Shown here: positions 9,892 through 19,876 of the stretch, piece by piece
Layout: every line of letters starts with the position of its first letter
Position numbering within the stretch: the first letter of the stretch is position 1
Position numbers and translations under genes: made by a program
Source of the DNA: Candidatus Parcubacteria bacterium
Lineage (GTDB): Bacteria > Patescibacteriota > Patescibacteriia > CAIXNZ01
Assembly: GCA_026395685.1 (NCBI GenBank)
Contig: JAPLYG010000018.1
Coordinates: 288-64,287 of the forward strand
Direction of reading: 5' to 3'
DNA: 64,000 bases
The notes under the pieces: generated by a model
What the model was told of the DNA's origin: nothing
Database searches by the model: none
Seen by the model: only the letters and a program-made list of their open reading frames with translations

Positions 9892-9970
9892 TGTGTATAA
9901 AAAGTGCATAAACCTCGGGATAATTATGTGTATAACTATGTGTATAAGCATGTTGAAAATTTGTTTATAA
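9892..9970. promoter_or_regulatory. Array of seven co-oriented DnaA-box-like 9-mers
   Basis: TGTGTATAA at 9892, 9927, 9939 (perfect TTATNCACA); degenerate copies at 9903, 9915, 9951, 9962. Confidence 0.75.
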
Positions 9971-10021
9971 TTAGCCTAGAAATGGCTTGACGCAATCTGT
10001 AAATAATTATACAATACAATC

Positions 10022-10111
10022 ACGAACCCTACTTGATTACTGAGTTAAGTATTTCTAATCTCAATTTTTTTGGGATTGGTATTTGGCTCAGTGTCCTAAG
10101 CGGGGTTTTTT
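10022..10111 (+). ncRNA. Candidate hairpin small RNA or attenuating leader
   Basis: TTGACG-17-TACAAT promoter at 9987-10015; long bulged hairpin 10025-10107 ending in a T run. Confidence 0.4.
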
Positions 10112-10279
10112 GTTGGATAAAATTTTATGGAGGAGAACTTTAAAGGAAACACCACGCTGTTTCCTTTTTGTTTTGTTCACTGTCGTTTAGGAAGGTAATT
10201 AGGATGCTTAAGAGTTTTAAGGGATATTGGCAGATTAACGCAGTAACCAGCCAAAGAAGTAGAAAGGGGGAAGTCTAAA

Positions 10280-11158
10280 ATGGTAGCGACCAAGCTCGTG
10301 ATGAATAATCAGATCCCCAGAGTTTTCAAAAACCTGGATCCTGAAACTCAGCAACTCGCGCAAGCGATTTGCGGCCACAAAGTCAACGGCATAAATGTGC
10401 ATCTGAAGCATTTGGCTGAAAACCTCAGACGTTCGGAAATGATTATTTGGGTGACCAAACGGCTCATTTCGGATGAGGCCCTTGGCGTCAACTGGGAGCA
10501 TTTGCTGGAGGATATTACTGAACAATGCCTCAAACCGTTCCACGAAGAAACCTACCGCCATCTTAAGCGTATGCACCAGATCGTGGCGGAACAGTTGAAA
10601 TTGCTGGAGCATCAAAAGCCTGAACAGCTGGATGACTTTGGCTGTGAAGACTTCCGTACTATGCATCATTTTGAACTGACTCCGGAAGATCAACAAAATC
10701 TGAAATGGGCTGCTGCTTTCCATGATTTGGGGCGTATGTGTTATCCAGTTTCTTTCTGGAATACGCCAGGTCGATTCAGCCAGAAACAGCGAGAGCAGCT
10801 TGAGTTCCATGCTCGGAATTTTTACTTCCTGGGAGAAATGCTTAATGTTTGCCAGGAGGTAATCGCCCTGTCAGTATTGCATCATTATCCCAATAAGGGC
10901 TATCCTGATAACGGTATTATTGCTAAGTTAAGGCCCTTTTTGGATCAGCCGAAATTTCAGTACATGCTGAAATGGCTGGTTACTAACGATGTTTACGGCG
11001 GTGCGACCGACAAGCGCAGTTACCGGGATCAAATCTGGACTCACGAACAAGTGATCCAGCAAACTATGCCTGTGGAAATGGCTCGCGTAGGCCTGGGTTG
11101 GGTGCCTTTTATTCAGGCGCTAAAACAATCCGGACAAAGAGTCGTTTGCCCAGCTTAA
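10280..11158 (+). CDS. HD-domain phosphohydrolase, HD-GYP-like
   Basis: AAFHDLGR, H in LEFHA, LHHY, NDVYGGATDKRSYR. Confidence 0.75.
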   Translation: MVATKLVMNNQIPRVFKNLDPETQQLAQAICGHKVNGINVHLKHLAENLRRSEMIIWVTKRLISDEALGVNWEHLLEDITEQCLKPFHEETYRHLKRMHQIVAEQLKLLEHQKPEQLDDFGCEDFRTMHHFELTPEDQQNLKWAAAFHDLGRMCYPVSFWNTPGRFSQKQREQLEFHARNFYFLGEMLNVCQEVIALSVLHHYPNKGYPDNGIIAKLRPFLDQPKFQYMLKWLVTNDVYGGATDKRSYRDQIWTHEQVIQQTMPVEMARVGLGWVPFIQALKQSGQRVVCPA

Positions 11159-11263
11159 CCCTTCAAAGGGCCCCCTTCTACTCAGCTCTATTGTTGGGAG
11201 GAGAGGGCCCTTGACTTTCTTTTCGATTTAAGTTAAGTTATATATAGTTTTTTAGAATTTTTG

Positions 11264-11313
11264 TCCGCCAGGGGCGGGTTCCCGCCATAGGCGGGCAGGC
11301 TGCCTTTGGCGGA
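11264..11313. repeat. Nested hairpin elements (family B with a family C insert)
   Basis: TCCGCCAGGGGCGGGTT[CCCGCCATAGGCGGGCAGG]CTGCCTTTGGCGGA. Confidence 0.75.
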
Positions 11314-11330
11314 CAAACTTTTTTTATTTT

Positions 11331-11642
11331 ATGATCAACTTGCAAAGAATTTTAGATCTTATACGCAAAACAGGGGATAAATATATTTTTGAAGATGAAA
11401 ATAATGGCATGTTTGTAGTTATGTCTTTGCCTGATTATGAAAATTATATTTTTAAAAATAATCAGCTGAAAGACTTATCAGAGGAAGAGCTTTTAAATAA
11501 AATAAATAAAGATATCGCCATCTGGAAAGCTACCCAGGAGGACAAAACATTGGCTGAAAACTGGCATGATTTGCCCCTGGAAGAAAAAAAATCATCAGAA
11601 GATGATCAATACTATTTTGAGCCTGTTGAGGATGAGGAATAA
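11331..11642 (+). CDS. Hypothetical acidic protein
   Basis: Clean ORF; KTGDK..I, FVVMSL.DYE, LLNKINKDIAIWK, YYFEP pattern. Confidence 0.75.
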   Translation: MINLQRILDLIRKTGDKYIFEDENNGMFVVMSLPDYENYIFKNNQLKDLSEEELLNKINKDIAIWKATQEDKTLAENWHDLPLEEKKSSEDDQYYFEPVEDEE

Positions 11643-11781
11643 AAAATACTTGCCAAGGCTTGAAATTGTGCTATAATTATAGACACATTAACCCAAATAT
11701 AATTATTAATTAAATTTAGTGGGCGGCTGGATAAAACTCTCCCGTTTTAGGGTCAGAGGCCGTTACCCAGGAGTTAAAACA

Positions 11782-12969
11782 ATGGCAGAAAAATACGAAC
11801 GTAAAAAGCCCCATGTTAACGTCGGTACAATCGGTCACGTTGACCATGGAAAAACCACGTTAACAGCTGCAATTTTAAATTATATTAACGCTATTGGCGG
11901 CAAAGCGCAGCAAAAAAGTGTTGCTCAGATTGATGCAGCCCCAGAAGAAAAAGAACGTGGTATTACTATTGCCACTGCTCACGTTGAATATGAAACTGAA
12001 AAAAGGCACTATGCCCACGTTGATTGCCCTGGCCATGCTGATTATATCAAAAATATGATTACTGGCGCGGCACAAATGGATGGCGCTATTTTGGTTGTAG
12101 CTGCGACAGATGGTCCGATGCCTCAAACTCGTGAACATATTTTATTAGCAAGACAGGTAGGCGTACCTTCAATTGTTGTATTCTTAAATAAGGTTGATCA
12201 GGTTTCTGATCCGGAACTGATAAGTTTAGTTGAAGAAGAAGTTCGTGAATTATTGAAAAAATATGAATATCCAGGTGATGAAACTCCTATTATCAGAGGC
12301 TCAGCTTTGAAGGCCTTGGAAAATCCTAAAGGAGAAGATGGCAAATGCATTCAACAGCTTTTAGATGCTTTGGATAGCTTTATTCCTGAACCAAAGAGAG
12401 AGATTGATAAGCCTTTCTTAATGCCGGTGGAAGATGTTTTCTCTATTGAAGGACGCGGTACTGTAGTTACTGGTAAAATTGAAAGAGGTAAAATCAAGGT
12501 TTCTGAAGAAATTGAAATTGTTGGTCTCAAACCCACTCAAAAAACAGTAGTTACTGGTATTGAAATGTTTAATAAATCATTAGATGAAGGTATGGCTGGT
12601 GACAATGCCGGCTTATTATTGAGAGGTACTAAAAAGGAAGATGTAGAAAGAGGCCAAGTTATTGCTAAGCCAGGATCAATTACGCCTCACACTGAATTTG
12701 AAGCAGAGGTTTATATTTTAACCAAAGAAGAAGGTGGCAGACATAAACCATTTTTTAAAGGATATAAACCGCAATTTTATATCAGAACAACTGACGTTAC
12801 GGGTGAAATTGAAATTTTAGGCGGCGCTGAAATGGTTATGCCGGGCGATACCATCCATTTAAAGGTAAAATTAATTGCTCCCGTTGCTTTGGAAGAAAAA
12901 GGTAAACTTGCCATTCGTGAAGGCGGCAAAACAGTTGGTGCTGGCGTGGTAGTTAAAATTATTGCTTAA
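11782..12969 (+). CDS. tuf: Elongation factor Tu
   Basis: [19 protein letters not shown]; start at ATG 11782 ([11 protein letters not shown]). Confidence 0.99.
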   Translation: MAEKYERKKPHVNVGTIGHVDHGKTTLTAAILNYINAIGGKAQQKSVAQIDAAPEEKERGITIATAHVEYETEKRHYAHVDCPGHADYIKNMITGAAQMDGAILVVAATDGPMPQTREHILLARQVGVPSIVVFLNKVDQVSDPELISLVEEEVRELLKKYEYPGDETPIIRGSALKALENPKGEDGKCIQQLLDALDSFIPEPKREIDKPFLMPVEDVFSIEGRGTVVTGKIERGKIKVSEEIEIVGLKPTQKTVVTGIEMFNKSLDEGMAGDNAGLLLRGTKKEDVERGQVIAKPGSITPHTEFEAEVYILTKEEGGRHKPFFKGYKPQFYIRTTDVTGEIEILGGAEMVMPGDTIHLKVKLIAPVALEEKGKLAIREGGKTVGAGVVVKIIA

Positions 12970-12980
12970 GTGAATAGGGT

Positions 12981-13014
12981 AAACCCCCGCCCCCAAAAAA
13001 GGGGCGGGGTTTTA
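12981..13014 (+). terminator. Intrinsic terminator after tuf
   Basis: CCCCGCCCC/GGGGCGGGG stem then TTTT. Confidence 0.8.
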
Positions 13015-13071
13015 TTCCCGAATAAAATTAAAAAATAGTTAAATAACCTAATTAAAATTAATTAATAGTTC

Positions 13072-13404
13072 ATGTCTAAGATGGAAAAGACAAAAGAAGA
13101 AAAACAGAAAATCAGAATTAAAATCCGGGCATACGATCATAAAATAATTGATCAGTCAGTCAGGACAATTATGGATACAGCAACCAGAACAGGAGCCCAA
13201 ATTTCAGGGCCCATTCCCTTGCCTGTTGAAAAGAAAAAGTACACAGTTTTAAGCTCTACATTTGTTCATAAAAATGCTCGTGACCAATATGAAATGCGCG
13301 TCCATAAGAGATTAGTGGATATTATTGAGCCAACACCGGCAACTATCGAAGCTTTGACGAATTTGAATTTGCCAGCCGGGGTTGATGTTGAAATAAAAAT
13401 GTAA
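13072..13404 (+). CDS. rpsJ: 30S ribosomal protein S10
   Basis: [28 protein letters not shown]. Confidence 0.99.
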   Translation: MSKMEKTKEEKQKIRIKIRAYDHKIIDQSVRTIMDTATRTGAQISGPIPLPVEKKKYTVLSSTFVHKNARDQYEMRVHKRLVDIIEPTPATIEALTNLNLPAGVDVEIKM

Positions 13405-13407
13405 GCC

Positions 13408-13436
13408 TTGACAAGTAAACTGAATTTCGCTAAGCT
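13408..13436 (+). promoter_or_regulatory. Sigma70-type promoter upstream of rplC
   Basis: TTGACA-17 bp-TAAGCT. Confidence 0.55.
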
Positions 13437-13731
13437 TATACTAGGTTTAAAAATTTTTGATTTTTTGAAATTTTTAACTTTTTAGATGTAAAGAAAGCTT
13501 CCCTGATATAGGGAATAACCTTTATATTTAGCGAGTTAATTGAGGAGACATTAATTTCCAAATAAAAAATAAATCCAGAACATCTTTACTAATCAGGCTG
13601 CTTTTTTTAATTTTAATCTGGATTTGAGTACCAGATTTTTTATTTCTAAAAATTTTTAATTGGCAATAGGAAGGTTGAAATTAAGTGAAGATTATTTCAA
13701 GTTTCTAATTTCCAGTAAGATTAAATATATT

Positions 13732-14454
13732 ATGAAGTTTATCTTAGGTAAAAAAGTAGAAATGAGCCAAAAGTATAAAGAAGATGGGCGCGTAATTCCC
13801 GTAACTATTGTTAAGGCAGGGCCTTGTTTTATTAGTCAGGTAAAAAATAATGAAAAAGACGGTTATCAGTCAGTCCAGGTCGGCATTGAAGGTAAGAAAA
13901 AGTTAAATAAGGCATTAGGCGGTCATTTGAAGGGATTAAAAACCGCTCGTTGCTTGAAAGAATTTAGAGCGCAAAATGAAGAAGGATTTCAGAAAGGTCA
14001 GGAAATTACTGTCGCTGTTTTTACTCCGGGAGATAAAGTTACGGTCACTGCAAATTCTAAAGGACGAGGTTTTCAAGGGGTTGTCAAAAGACATCATTTT
14101 TCCGGCGCTCCTAAATCTCATGGTGATAAGGACCAATTAAGAAAGGGAGGCTCAATCGGCGCTCAGCGTCCACAAAGAGTTTTAAAAAATAAGAGAATGC
14201 CGGGTCATATGGGCGATGAGCAGGTAAGTGTTAAAAATTTAGAAGTAATTGAAATTGATGAGAAAAATAATTTAATTTATATTAAAGGAGCTATCCCAGG
14301 AAGCCGCAATGCTTTGGTAAAAATCGTAGCTGAGGGTGATATGAAATTGGCTTCTGCAGCAGTTGCAAATAAGGAAACCCCTGCAGTTGAAGTTCAAGCT
14401 CCGGAGAATAAAGATAACAAAGAACAAGTTGAAGAAATTGTCGAAAATAAATAA
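13732..14454 (+). CDS. rplC: 50S ribosomal protein L3
   Basis: MKFILGKKVEM, SKGRGFQGVVKRH, MPGHMG. Confidence 0.98.
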   Translation: MKFILGKKVEMSQKYKEDGRVIPVTIVKAGPCFISQVKNNEKDGYQSVQVGIEGKKKLNKALGGHLKGLKTARCLKEFRAQNEEGFQKGQEITVAVFTPGDKVTVTANSKGRGFQGVVKRHHFSGAPKSHGDKDQLRKGGSIGAQRPQRVLKNKRMPGHMGDEQVSVKNLEVIEIDEKNNLIYIKGAIPGSRNALVKIVAEGDMKLASAAVANKETPAVEVQAPENKDNKEQVEEIVENK

Positions 14455-14471
14455 TTCTAGATGCTATTTTT

Positions 14472-15107
14472 ATGATAAAAGTCAAAGTTTACAATTTAGA
14501 AGGCAAAGAGCTTGACGAACTGAAATTGGATCCAGCTATTTTTGGAATAGAGATAAATCCGAATTTAGTTCATCAGGTTGTCTTGGCACAGCAAGCCAAT
14601 GCCAGATTGACTTTAGCTCATACTAAAACTAAAGGAGAAGTTCGTGGAGGCGGCCGTAAGCCTTGGAAACAAAAGGGCACTGGTCGCGCTAGGCACGGCT
14701 CTAATCGGTCTCCTTTATGGATCGGCGGTGGCATCACTTTTGGTCCTCGTACTGATAGGAATTTTGCCCAGAAGATAAACAGAAAAATGAAACGAAAAGC
14801 CTTGTTTATGGGTTTAACTGATAAGGTTAAAGAAGATAATTTTGTGGTTGTTGATAAATTAGAATTACCAGAAATTAAAACAAAAAAAATAATTAATATT
14901 TTTAGCAAGTTGCCATTAAAGAAATCGCCTTCAATTTTAGTCGTACTGGCAGCAACTGATGAGAAAATAATGAAATCAATACAGAATTTGCCGCAAGTAA
15001 AATCAATCTTAGCAGATAGCTTAAATATTATTGATATTTTGCAATACAACTATATTTTAATTGATAAGGCAGGCATAAATAAAGTAATTGAGACATATAA
15101 GAAATAA
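14472..15107 (+). CDS. rplD: 50S ribosomal protein L4
   Basis: GGGRKPWKQKGTGRARHGS. Confidence 0.99.
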   Translation: MIKVKVYNLEGKELDELKLDPAIFGIEINPNLVHQVVLAQQANARLTLAHTKTKGEVRGGGRKPWKQKGTGRARHGSNRSPLWIGGGITFGPRTDRNFAQKINRKMKRKALFMGLTDKVKEDNFVVVDKLELPEIKTKKIINIFSKLPLKKSPSILVVLAATDEKIMKSIQNLPQVKSILADSLNIIDILQYNYILIDKAGINKVIETYKK

Positions 15108-15111
15108 TAAT

Positions 15112-15600
15112 ATGGGAATTTTAGACCGATTTATTAAAACAAAGAAAACAGAAAAGGCAAAAGAGGTAAAAAAAGAAACCCCTGATGTTAATACTGAGAA
15201 AAAACAAGCGGTTAAGGCCATTACTGAAAAAACTTCGTCATTAAAATTGAAAACAGAAGCAACGAAACCAGTGGCAAATACTGACAAGGCGGCAAAAACA
15301 AAAAAAGGAGAATCTGACTATGCTTTTAGAATATTATCCAAGGCGTTGATTACTGAAAAGGCTACAAACTTAGTGGGATTAAATAAATATTCTTTTAAGG
15401 TTAATAAATCAGCAAATAAGATTGAAGTTAAAAACGCAATGAAGGCTTTATATGGGGTGGAACCGGTTAGCGTGAATATAATTAATGAAAGAGGCAAAAG
15501 AATAAGCTATGGCAGAATAAAAGGTAAAAAGAGTAATTGGAAAAAGGCCATTGTTACCCTGAAAAAGGGAGAAAAAATTGAAGTTTACGAGGGAGTATAA
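15112..15600 (+). CDS. rplW: 50S ribosomal protein L23 with long Lys-rich N-terminal extension
   Basis: ITEKAT, ANKIEVK, WKKAIVTL; ATG 15112. Confidence 0.95.
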   Translation: MGILDRFIKTKKTEKAKEVKKETPDVNTEKKQAVKAITEKTSSLKLKTEATKPVANTDKAAKTKKGESDYAFRILSKALITEKATNLVGLNKYSFKVNKSANKIEVKNAMKALYGVEPVSVNIINERGKRISYGRIKGKKSNWKKAIVTLKKGEKIEVYEGV

Positions 15601-15623
15601 TTTAAATTTTAAATTTTGTAGAT

Positions 15624-16475
15624 ATGGGAATTAAGTTTTACAAACCAATAACCGCAGGTATTCGTCACGCAAGCGTTGATGATTTTTCTGATATTACAAA
15701 TAAGAAGCCTTTGAAAAAATTGATTTGCATTAAAAGAAAAAGTGGCGGCCGGAATGCTCAGGGTAAAATTACCGTTAGACATATTGGCGGAGGTTCCAAA
15801 CAATTTATCAGGCTGATTGATTTTAAACGTGATAAATTTGATATTCCGGCAACAGTTATTTCCATAGAATACGATCCTAACCGAAATGCCAGAATCGCTT
15901 TGATTAAATTTACCGATGGTGAAAAAAAATATATTATTGCCCCCGGTAATTTAAAAGTCGGTGATCAGGTCGTTAATTATAAGGAAAAAACGCCAGAAAT
16001 AAAAGTTGGTAATTCTATGAGTTTAGAAAAGATTCCAGTCGGATCATTTATTTATAATATTGAAGTAACGCCAGGTAAAGGGGGGCAATTAGTCAGAAGT
16101 GCTGGCAATAGCGCCCAGCTTTTGGCAATTGAGGGCGATTATGCAACTATTAAACTGCCGTCTGGCGAAATTCGTAAGCTATTGAAAAAATGCACCGTGG
16201 TTTTAGGTACCTCGAGTAATCCCGAGGCAATGAATATCAGATTGGGCAAGGCTGGACGCACAAGGCATCGCGGTATTAGACCAACTGTCCGTGGTAAAGC
16301 CATGAATCCAGTTGATCATCCTCATGGTGGCGGCGAAGGTAAGCATCCTATCGGTATGAAATATCCAAAAACAAAATGGGGTCGTCATGCTTTAGGTGTA
16401 AAAACACGAAATCCAAATAAATATTCAAATAAATTAATTATTCAAAGAAAAAATAAACAGAAAATGGCAGTTTAA
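15624..16475 (+). CDS. rplB: 50S ribosomal protein L2
   Basis: [25 protein letters not shown]. Confidence 0.99.
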   Translation: MGIKFYKPITAGIRHASVDDFSDITNKKPLKKLICIKRKSGGRNAQGKITVRHIGGGSKQFIRLIDFKRDKFDIPATVISIEYDPNRNARIALIKFTDGEKKYIIAPGNLKVGDQVVNYKEKTPEIKVGNSMSLEKIPVGSFIYNIEVTPGKGGQLVRSAGNSAQLLAIEGDYATIKLPSGEIRKLLKKCTVVLGTSSNPEAMNIRLGKAGRTRHRGIRPTVRGKAMNPVDHPHGGGEGKHPIGMKYPKTKWGRHALGVKTRNPNKYSNKLIIQRKNKQKMAV

Positions 16476-16506
16476 AGTAAGTACTAATTTATTATAGTAA
16501 TAAAAT

Positions 16507-16842
16507 ATGTCAAGAAGTTTAAAAAAAGGCCCATATATAAATGAGAAGTTATTGAAAAAAGTATCCCAATTGAAGGCTAATGATAAAACAGTAATAAAAA
16601 CTTGGGATAGAGCGTGTACTATTACTCCGGAAATGGTCGGCTTTAAAATTGGAGTCCATAATGGCCGGGAGCATATTGTAGTTGATATCATTGAAAATAT
16701 GGTCGGTCATAAATTAGGTGAGTTTTCAGCGACTAGAAAATTTGTTTCTCATGGTGGTAAAATGGCTAAAGAACAGCAAAAGGGCCCGGAAACAGCGGCT
16801 CCGGCAGTAACCGTTCCTGCAGCGTCTAAAACTAAAAAATAA
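16507..16842 (+). CDS. rpsS: 30S ribosomal protein S19
   Basis: [18 protein letters not shown]. Confidence 0.99.
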   Translation: MSRSLKKGPYINEKLLKKVSQLKANDKTVIKTWDRACTITPEMVGFKIGVHNGREHIVVDIIENMVGHKLGEFSATRKFVSHGGKMAKEQQKGPETAAPAVTVPAASKTKK

Positions 16843-16866
16843 TTTTTATTGCTAAATTAATTATAT

Positions 16867-17463
16867 ATGCAAGTTAAAGCACAATTAAAATATTTGAGAA
16901 TGTCCCCGAAAAAATTGAGGTTAATAGCCGATATTATAAGGGGAATGAAAGTGGAAGATGCTTTGATCCAGCTGTCTTTTGTTAATCGTTTAGCGAGAAA
17001 GCCGATAATTAAATTGTTAAATTCTGCGATTGCGAATGCCGTGAATAATTTCAATTTAAAAAAAGATAATTTGATGGTTAAGGAAATAAAAGTAGATATG
17101 GCGGGTATGCTTAAAAGATGGCAATATAAAGCTCATGGAAGAGCGACACCGTTAAGAAAAAGAAACGCTCATATTTTGCTGGTATTAGAAGAAATCGTGC
17201 CTAGTAAGACAAAAGCCAAAAAAGTTAAGGCTGAAAAAGCAGTAAAAGTTTCTTCTTTAGAGGAAATCAAGGATAAAGAAATCCCCAGGAAATTAGAAGT
17301 AAAAGAAGAAAAAATATCAAAAGAAGTTGAAAAGGGCAATGAAGAATCGCCCATTGATATAAGAATGGAAGGGAAAAGACGACATAAACAAAATCTTGAT
17401 AAACGGCAGATGAAAGGTGAAAAGGGATTTATTAAGAAAATTTTTAATAGAAAATCAGGTTAA
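16867..17463 (+). CDS. rplV: 50S ribosomal protein L22 with long charged C-terminal extension
   Basis: SPKKLRLIADIIRG, SAIANA, AHGRA. Confidence 0.97.
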   Translation: MQVKAQLKYLRMSPKKLRLIADIIRGMKVEDALIQLSFVNRLARKPIIKLLNSAIANAVNNFNLKKDNLMVKEIKVDMAGMLKRWQYKAHGRATPLRKRNAHILLVLEEIVPSKTKAKKVKAEKAVKVSSLEEIKDKEIPRKLEVKEEKISKEVEKGNEESPIDIRMEGKRRHKQNLDKRQMKGEKGFIKKIFNRKSG

Positions 17464-17490
17464 ATAATATTTGATAAAAGTTTTAATAAT

Positions 17491-18165
17491 ATGGGTAATA
17501 AAGTTAATCCAAAAGCAATAAGAATAGGTGTAAATAGAGGCTGGGATTCCAAATGGTTTTCACAACGCAACTTTTGCATTTACTTGCGGCAGGATTTAGC
17601 AATTCGTAAATTTTTAAAGGGCAAATTGAAAGATTCAGGCGTCGCCGGTATTGATATTGAAAGATCTGGCCAAAATTTAACCATCATTATCCATGCTGTC
17701 AAGCCGGGTGTAATTATCGGACGTTCAGGTGTCGGCATTGAAGATTTAAAAAATGCCTTAAGAAAAAATATTTTAAATAAAGAAGTATTAAAGACACCGG
17801 CTAAAGTTAATTTAAATATTAATATTTTGGAGGTTGACAAACCAAATTTAAATGCCCAGATCGTTTTAGATAATATAATCGCAGATTTAGAAAAAAGAAT
17901 TCCTTTTAGACGTACCATGAAACAGTCGATCAGTAGAGTCATGAGAGCCGGAGCTAAAGGTGTTAAAGTTAACATTTCTGGCCGTTTGAACGGCGCAGAA
18001 ATCGCACGCGATGAAGTTTTAAGCGAGGGTGAAATCCCTTTGCATACTTTACGCGCAGATATTGATTATTCCCGCGGAGCAGCGCAAACTATTTACGGCA
18101 AAATCGGAGTTAAGGTCTGGATTTATAAAGGGGAAGTTTTTAATAAGAAAATAATTAAATTATAA
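17491..18165 (+). CDS. rpsC: 30S ribosomal protein S3
   Basis: MGNKVNP, SGRLNGAEIAR, PLHTLRADIDY. Confidence 0.99.
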   Translation: MGNKVNPKAIRIGVNRGWDSKWFSQRNFCIYLRQDLAIRKFLKGKLKDSGVAGIDIERSGQNLTIIIHAVKPGVIIGRSGVGIEDLKNALRKNILNKEVLKTPAKVNLNINILEVDKPNLNAQIVLDNIIADLEKRIPFRRTMKQSISRVMRAGAKGVKVNISGRLNGAEIARDEVLSEGEIPLHTLRADIDYSRGAAQTIYGKIGVKVWIYKGEVFNKKIIKL

Positions 18166-18180
18166 GATAGGATATTATAT

Positions 18181-18594
18181 ATGTTGATGCCTAAAAAAGT
18201 AAAACATCGAAAATGGCACAAGGGCCGCAAGCGCAATCTGGGAATAAGTGCCAGCCGCACGGAATTGAATTTCGGTAGTTATGGATTAAAGGCCATGACT
18301 CACGCCTGGGTAACTGCCAGGCAAATTGAGGCTGCCAGAAGAACCCTTACGCATTATTTAAAACGGGGAGGTAAAGTCTGGATTCGAATTTTTCCTGATA
18401 AGCCTGTAACCAAAAAAGGCTCAGAAGTGCCGATGGGTTCGGGAAAAGGAGCTCCGGATCACTTTGTGGTAGTTGTAAAACCCGGAGTAATTATGTTTGA
18501 AATGGAAGGCGTTGCTATTGATAAGGCGCAGGAAGCTATGAGGTTGGCCAGTTTTAAACTTCCGATGAAGACTAAATTTATAAGTAAACAATAA
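18181..18594 (+). CDS. rplP: 50S ribosomal protein L16
   Basis: [23 protein letters not shown]. Confidence 0.99.
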   Translation: MLMPKKVKHRKWHKGRKRNLGISASRTELNFGSYGLKAMTHAWVTARQIEAARRTLTHYLKRGGKVWIRIFPDKPVTKKGSEVPMGSGKGAPDHFVVVVKPGVIMFEMEGVAIDKAQEAMRLASFKLPMKTKFISKQ

Positions 18595-18610
18595 TTTAAT
18601 AGTATTGAAT

Positions 18611-18826
18611 ATGAAAGTTAAAGAAGAATTAAAAGAGTTAAAAGCAAAATCAAAGACAGAGCTGAATAAGCTTTTGGTTTCTAGTCGTGAAAAACTGAGA
18701 GAATTGCGTTTTAAGGTTGCCCAGAATAATTTAAAAAATATCAGAGAAGTTCGTGTTCTAAAAAAGAAAATTGCCAAGTTGAACACTTTGCTCGTCAGTA
18801 AAGGAAAGGAAGTCGAGACTAAATAA
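18611..18826 (+). CDS. rpmC: 50S ribosomal protein L29
   Basis: Position; LRELRFK...IREVR..KKKIAKLNT. Confidence 0.93.
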   Translation: MKVKEELKELKAKSKTELNKLLVSSREKLRELRFKVAQNNLKNIREVRVLKKKIAKLNTLLVSKGKEVETK

Positions 18827-18846
18827 TAGCAAATAATTATTTTAAT

Positions 18847-19104
18847 ATGGGATCACAAAAAACCAAAAAAATTATAAGACAGTTTCAGGGGATTGTTACC
18901 AGTGATAAAATGGATAAAACCAGGGTGGTTATTGTCTCTGCTTTTAAATGGCATCCGAAATATAAAAAGCAGTATAAATCAAGCAAGAAATATAAAGTTC
19001 ATGATGAAAAAAATTTGTCTCGGGCGGGCAATGAAGTTATTTTTCAGGAATGCAGGCCTTTAAGCAAGGATAAACGCTGGCGTTTAATAAAAATAGTTAA
19101 ATAA
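18847..19104 (+). CDS. rpsQ: 30S ribosomal protein S17
   Basis: [23 protein letters not shown]. Confidence 0.98.
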   Translation: MGSQKTKKIIRQFQGIVTSDKMDKTRVVIVSAFKWHPKYKKQYKSSKKYKVHDEKNLSRAGNEVIFQECRPLSKDKRWRLIKIVK

Positions 19105-19109
19105 AATAT

Positions 19110-19481
19110 ATGGTTCAATTAAGATCGATGTTAAAATTAGCTGATAATACCGGCGCAAAAAAGTTGCAGGTTATTAGAGTTTTAGGAGGATATAAAAAGC
19201 GTTACGGCCGTTTAGGTGATATTATCACAGCTTCAGTTAAAGAAGCCGTTCCTCATGGCATGGTTAAAAAAAGTGAAGTTGTTCATGCAGTTTTAGTGCG
19301 CACAAGAAAAGAGGTCCGCAGGGCAGACGGGTCATATATACGTTTTGATGATAATGCCGCAGTAATTATCGATATGAAATCTCATGAACCTATTGGCAGC
19401 CGTATCTTAGGCCCAGTGGCCAGAGAGTTGAGAGCCGCTGGATTTAATAAAATAATTTCTTTGGCTCCGGAAGTATTATAA
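19110..19481 (+). CDS. rplN: 50S ribosomal protein L14
   Basis: [23 protein letters not shown]. Confidence 0.99.
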   Translation: MVQLRSMLKLADNTGAKKLQVIRVLGGYKKRYGRLGDIITASVKEAVPHGMVKKSEVVHAVLVRTRKEVRRADGSYIRFDDNAAVIIDMKSHEPIGSRILGPVARELRAAGFNKIISLAPEVL

Positions 19482-19502
19482 GAATTGATTATTTAATGAC
19501 AT

Positions 19503-19856
19503 ATGAAAAAAAATTTAATCCCCGTATTAAGCGGAAAATTAAAAACAGGCGACAGGGTAAAAGTAATCGCAGGCAAAGATAACGGCAAGAAAGGGAAAAT
19601 CTTGCAGGTTTTTGCTGATCGCAATCGCGCCTCAGTTGAAGGAATTAATTTAGCAATCAAATATTTAAAACCCAGAAAACAAGGGGAGAAGGGCCAGAAA
19701 ATTGAATTTCCTGCTCCTATCAATATGTCAAACTTAATGTTATTATGCCCAAGATGCAATAAAGCTGTAAGAATTAGGAGTAAGTTTTTAGATACAGCAG
19801 GTAAAAAAGCGAAAAAAGTCAGAATTTGCGGAAAATGTAAAGAATTAATTGATTAA
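19503..19856 (+). CDS. rplX: 50S ribosomal protein L24
   Basis: KTGDRVKVIAGKDNGKKG; CxxC pairs at C-terminus. Confidence 0.97.
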   Translation: MKKNLIPVLSGKLKTGDRVKVIAGKDNGKKGKILQVFADRNRASVEGINLAIKYLKPRKQGEKGQKIEFPAPINMSNLMLLCPRCNKAVRIRSKFLDTAGKKAKKVRICGKCKELID

Positions 19857-19876
19857 AATAGTTTTAATTTATTACT

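Noticed and set aside
9892-9970. Possible CRISPR array or simple tandem repeat
   Set aside because: Units are 9 bp with 2-3 bp gaps, no spacers and no cas genes; they fit the DnaA box consensus
10235-10810. 191-aa antisense ORF and many similar short shadow ORFs across the window
   Set aside because: Overlap well-supported genes on the other strand or frame and show no motifs
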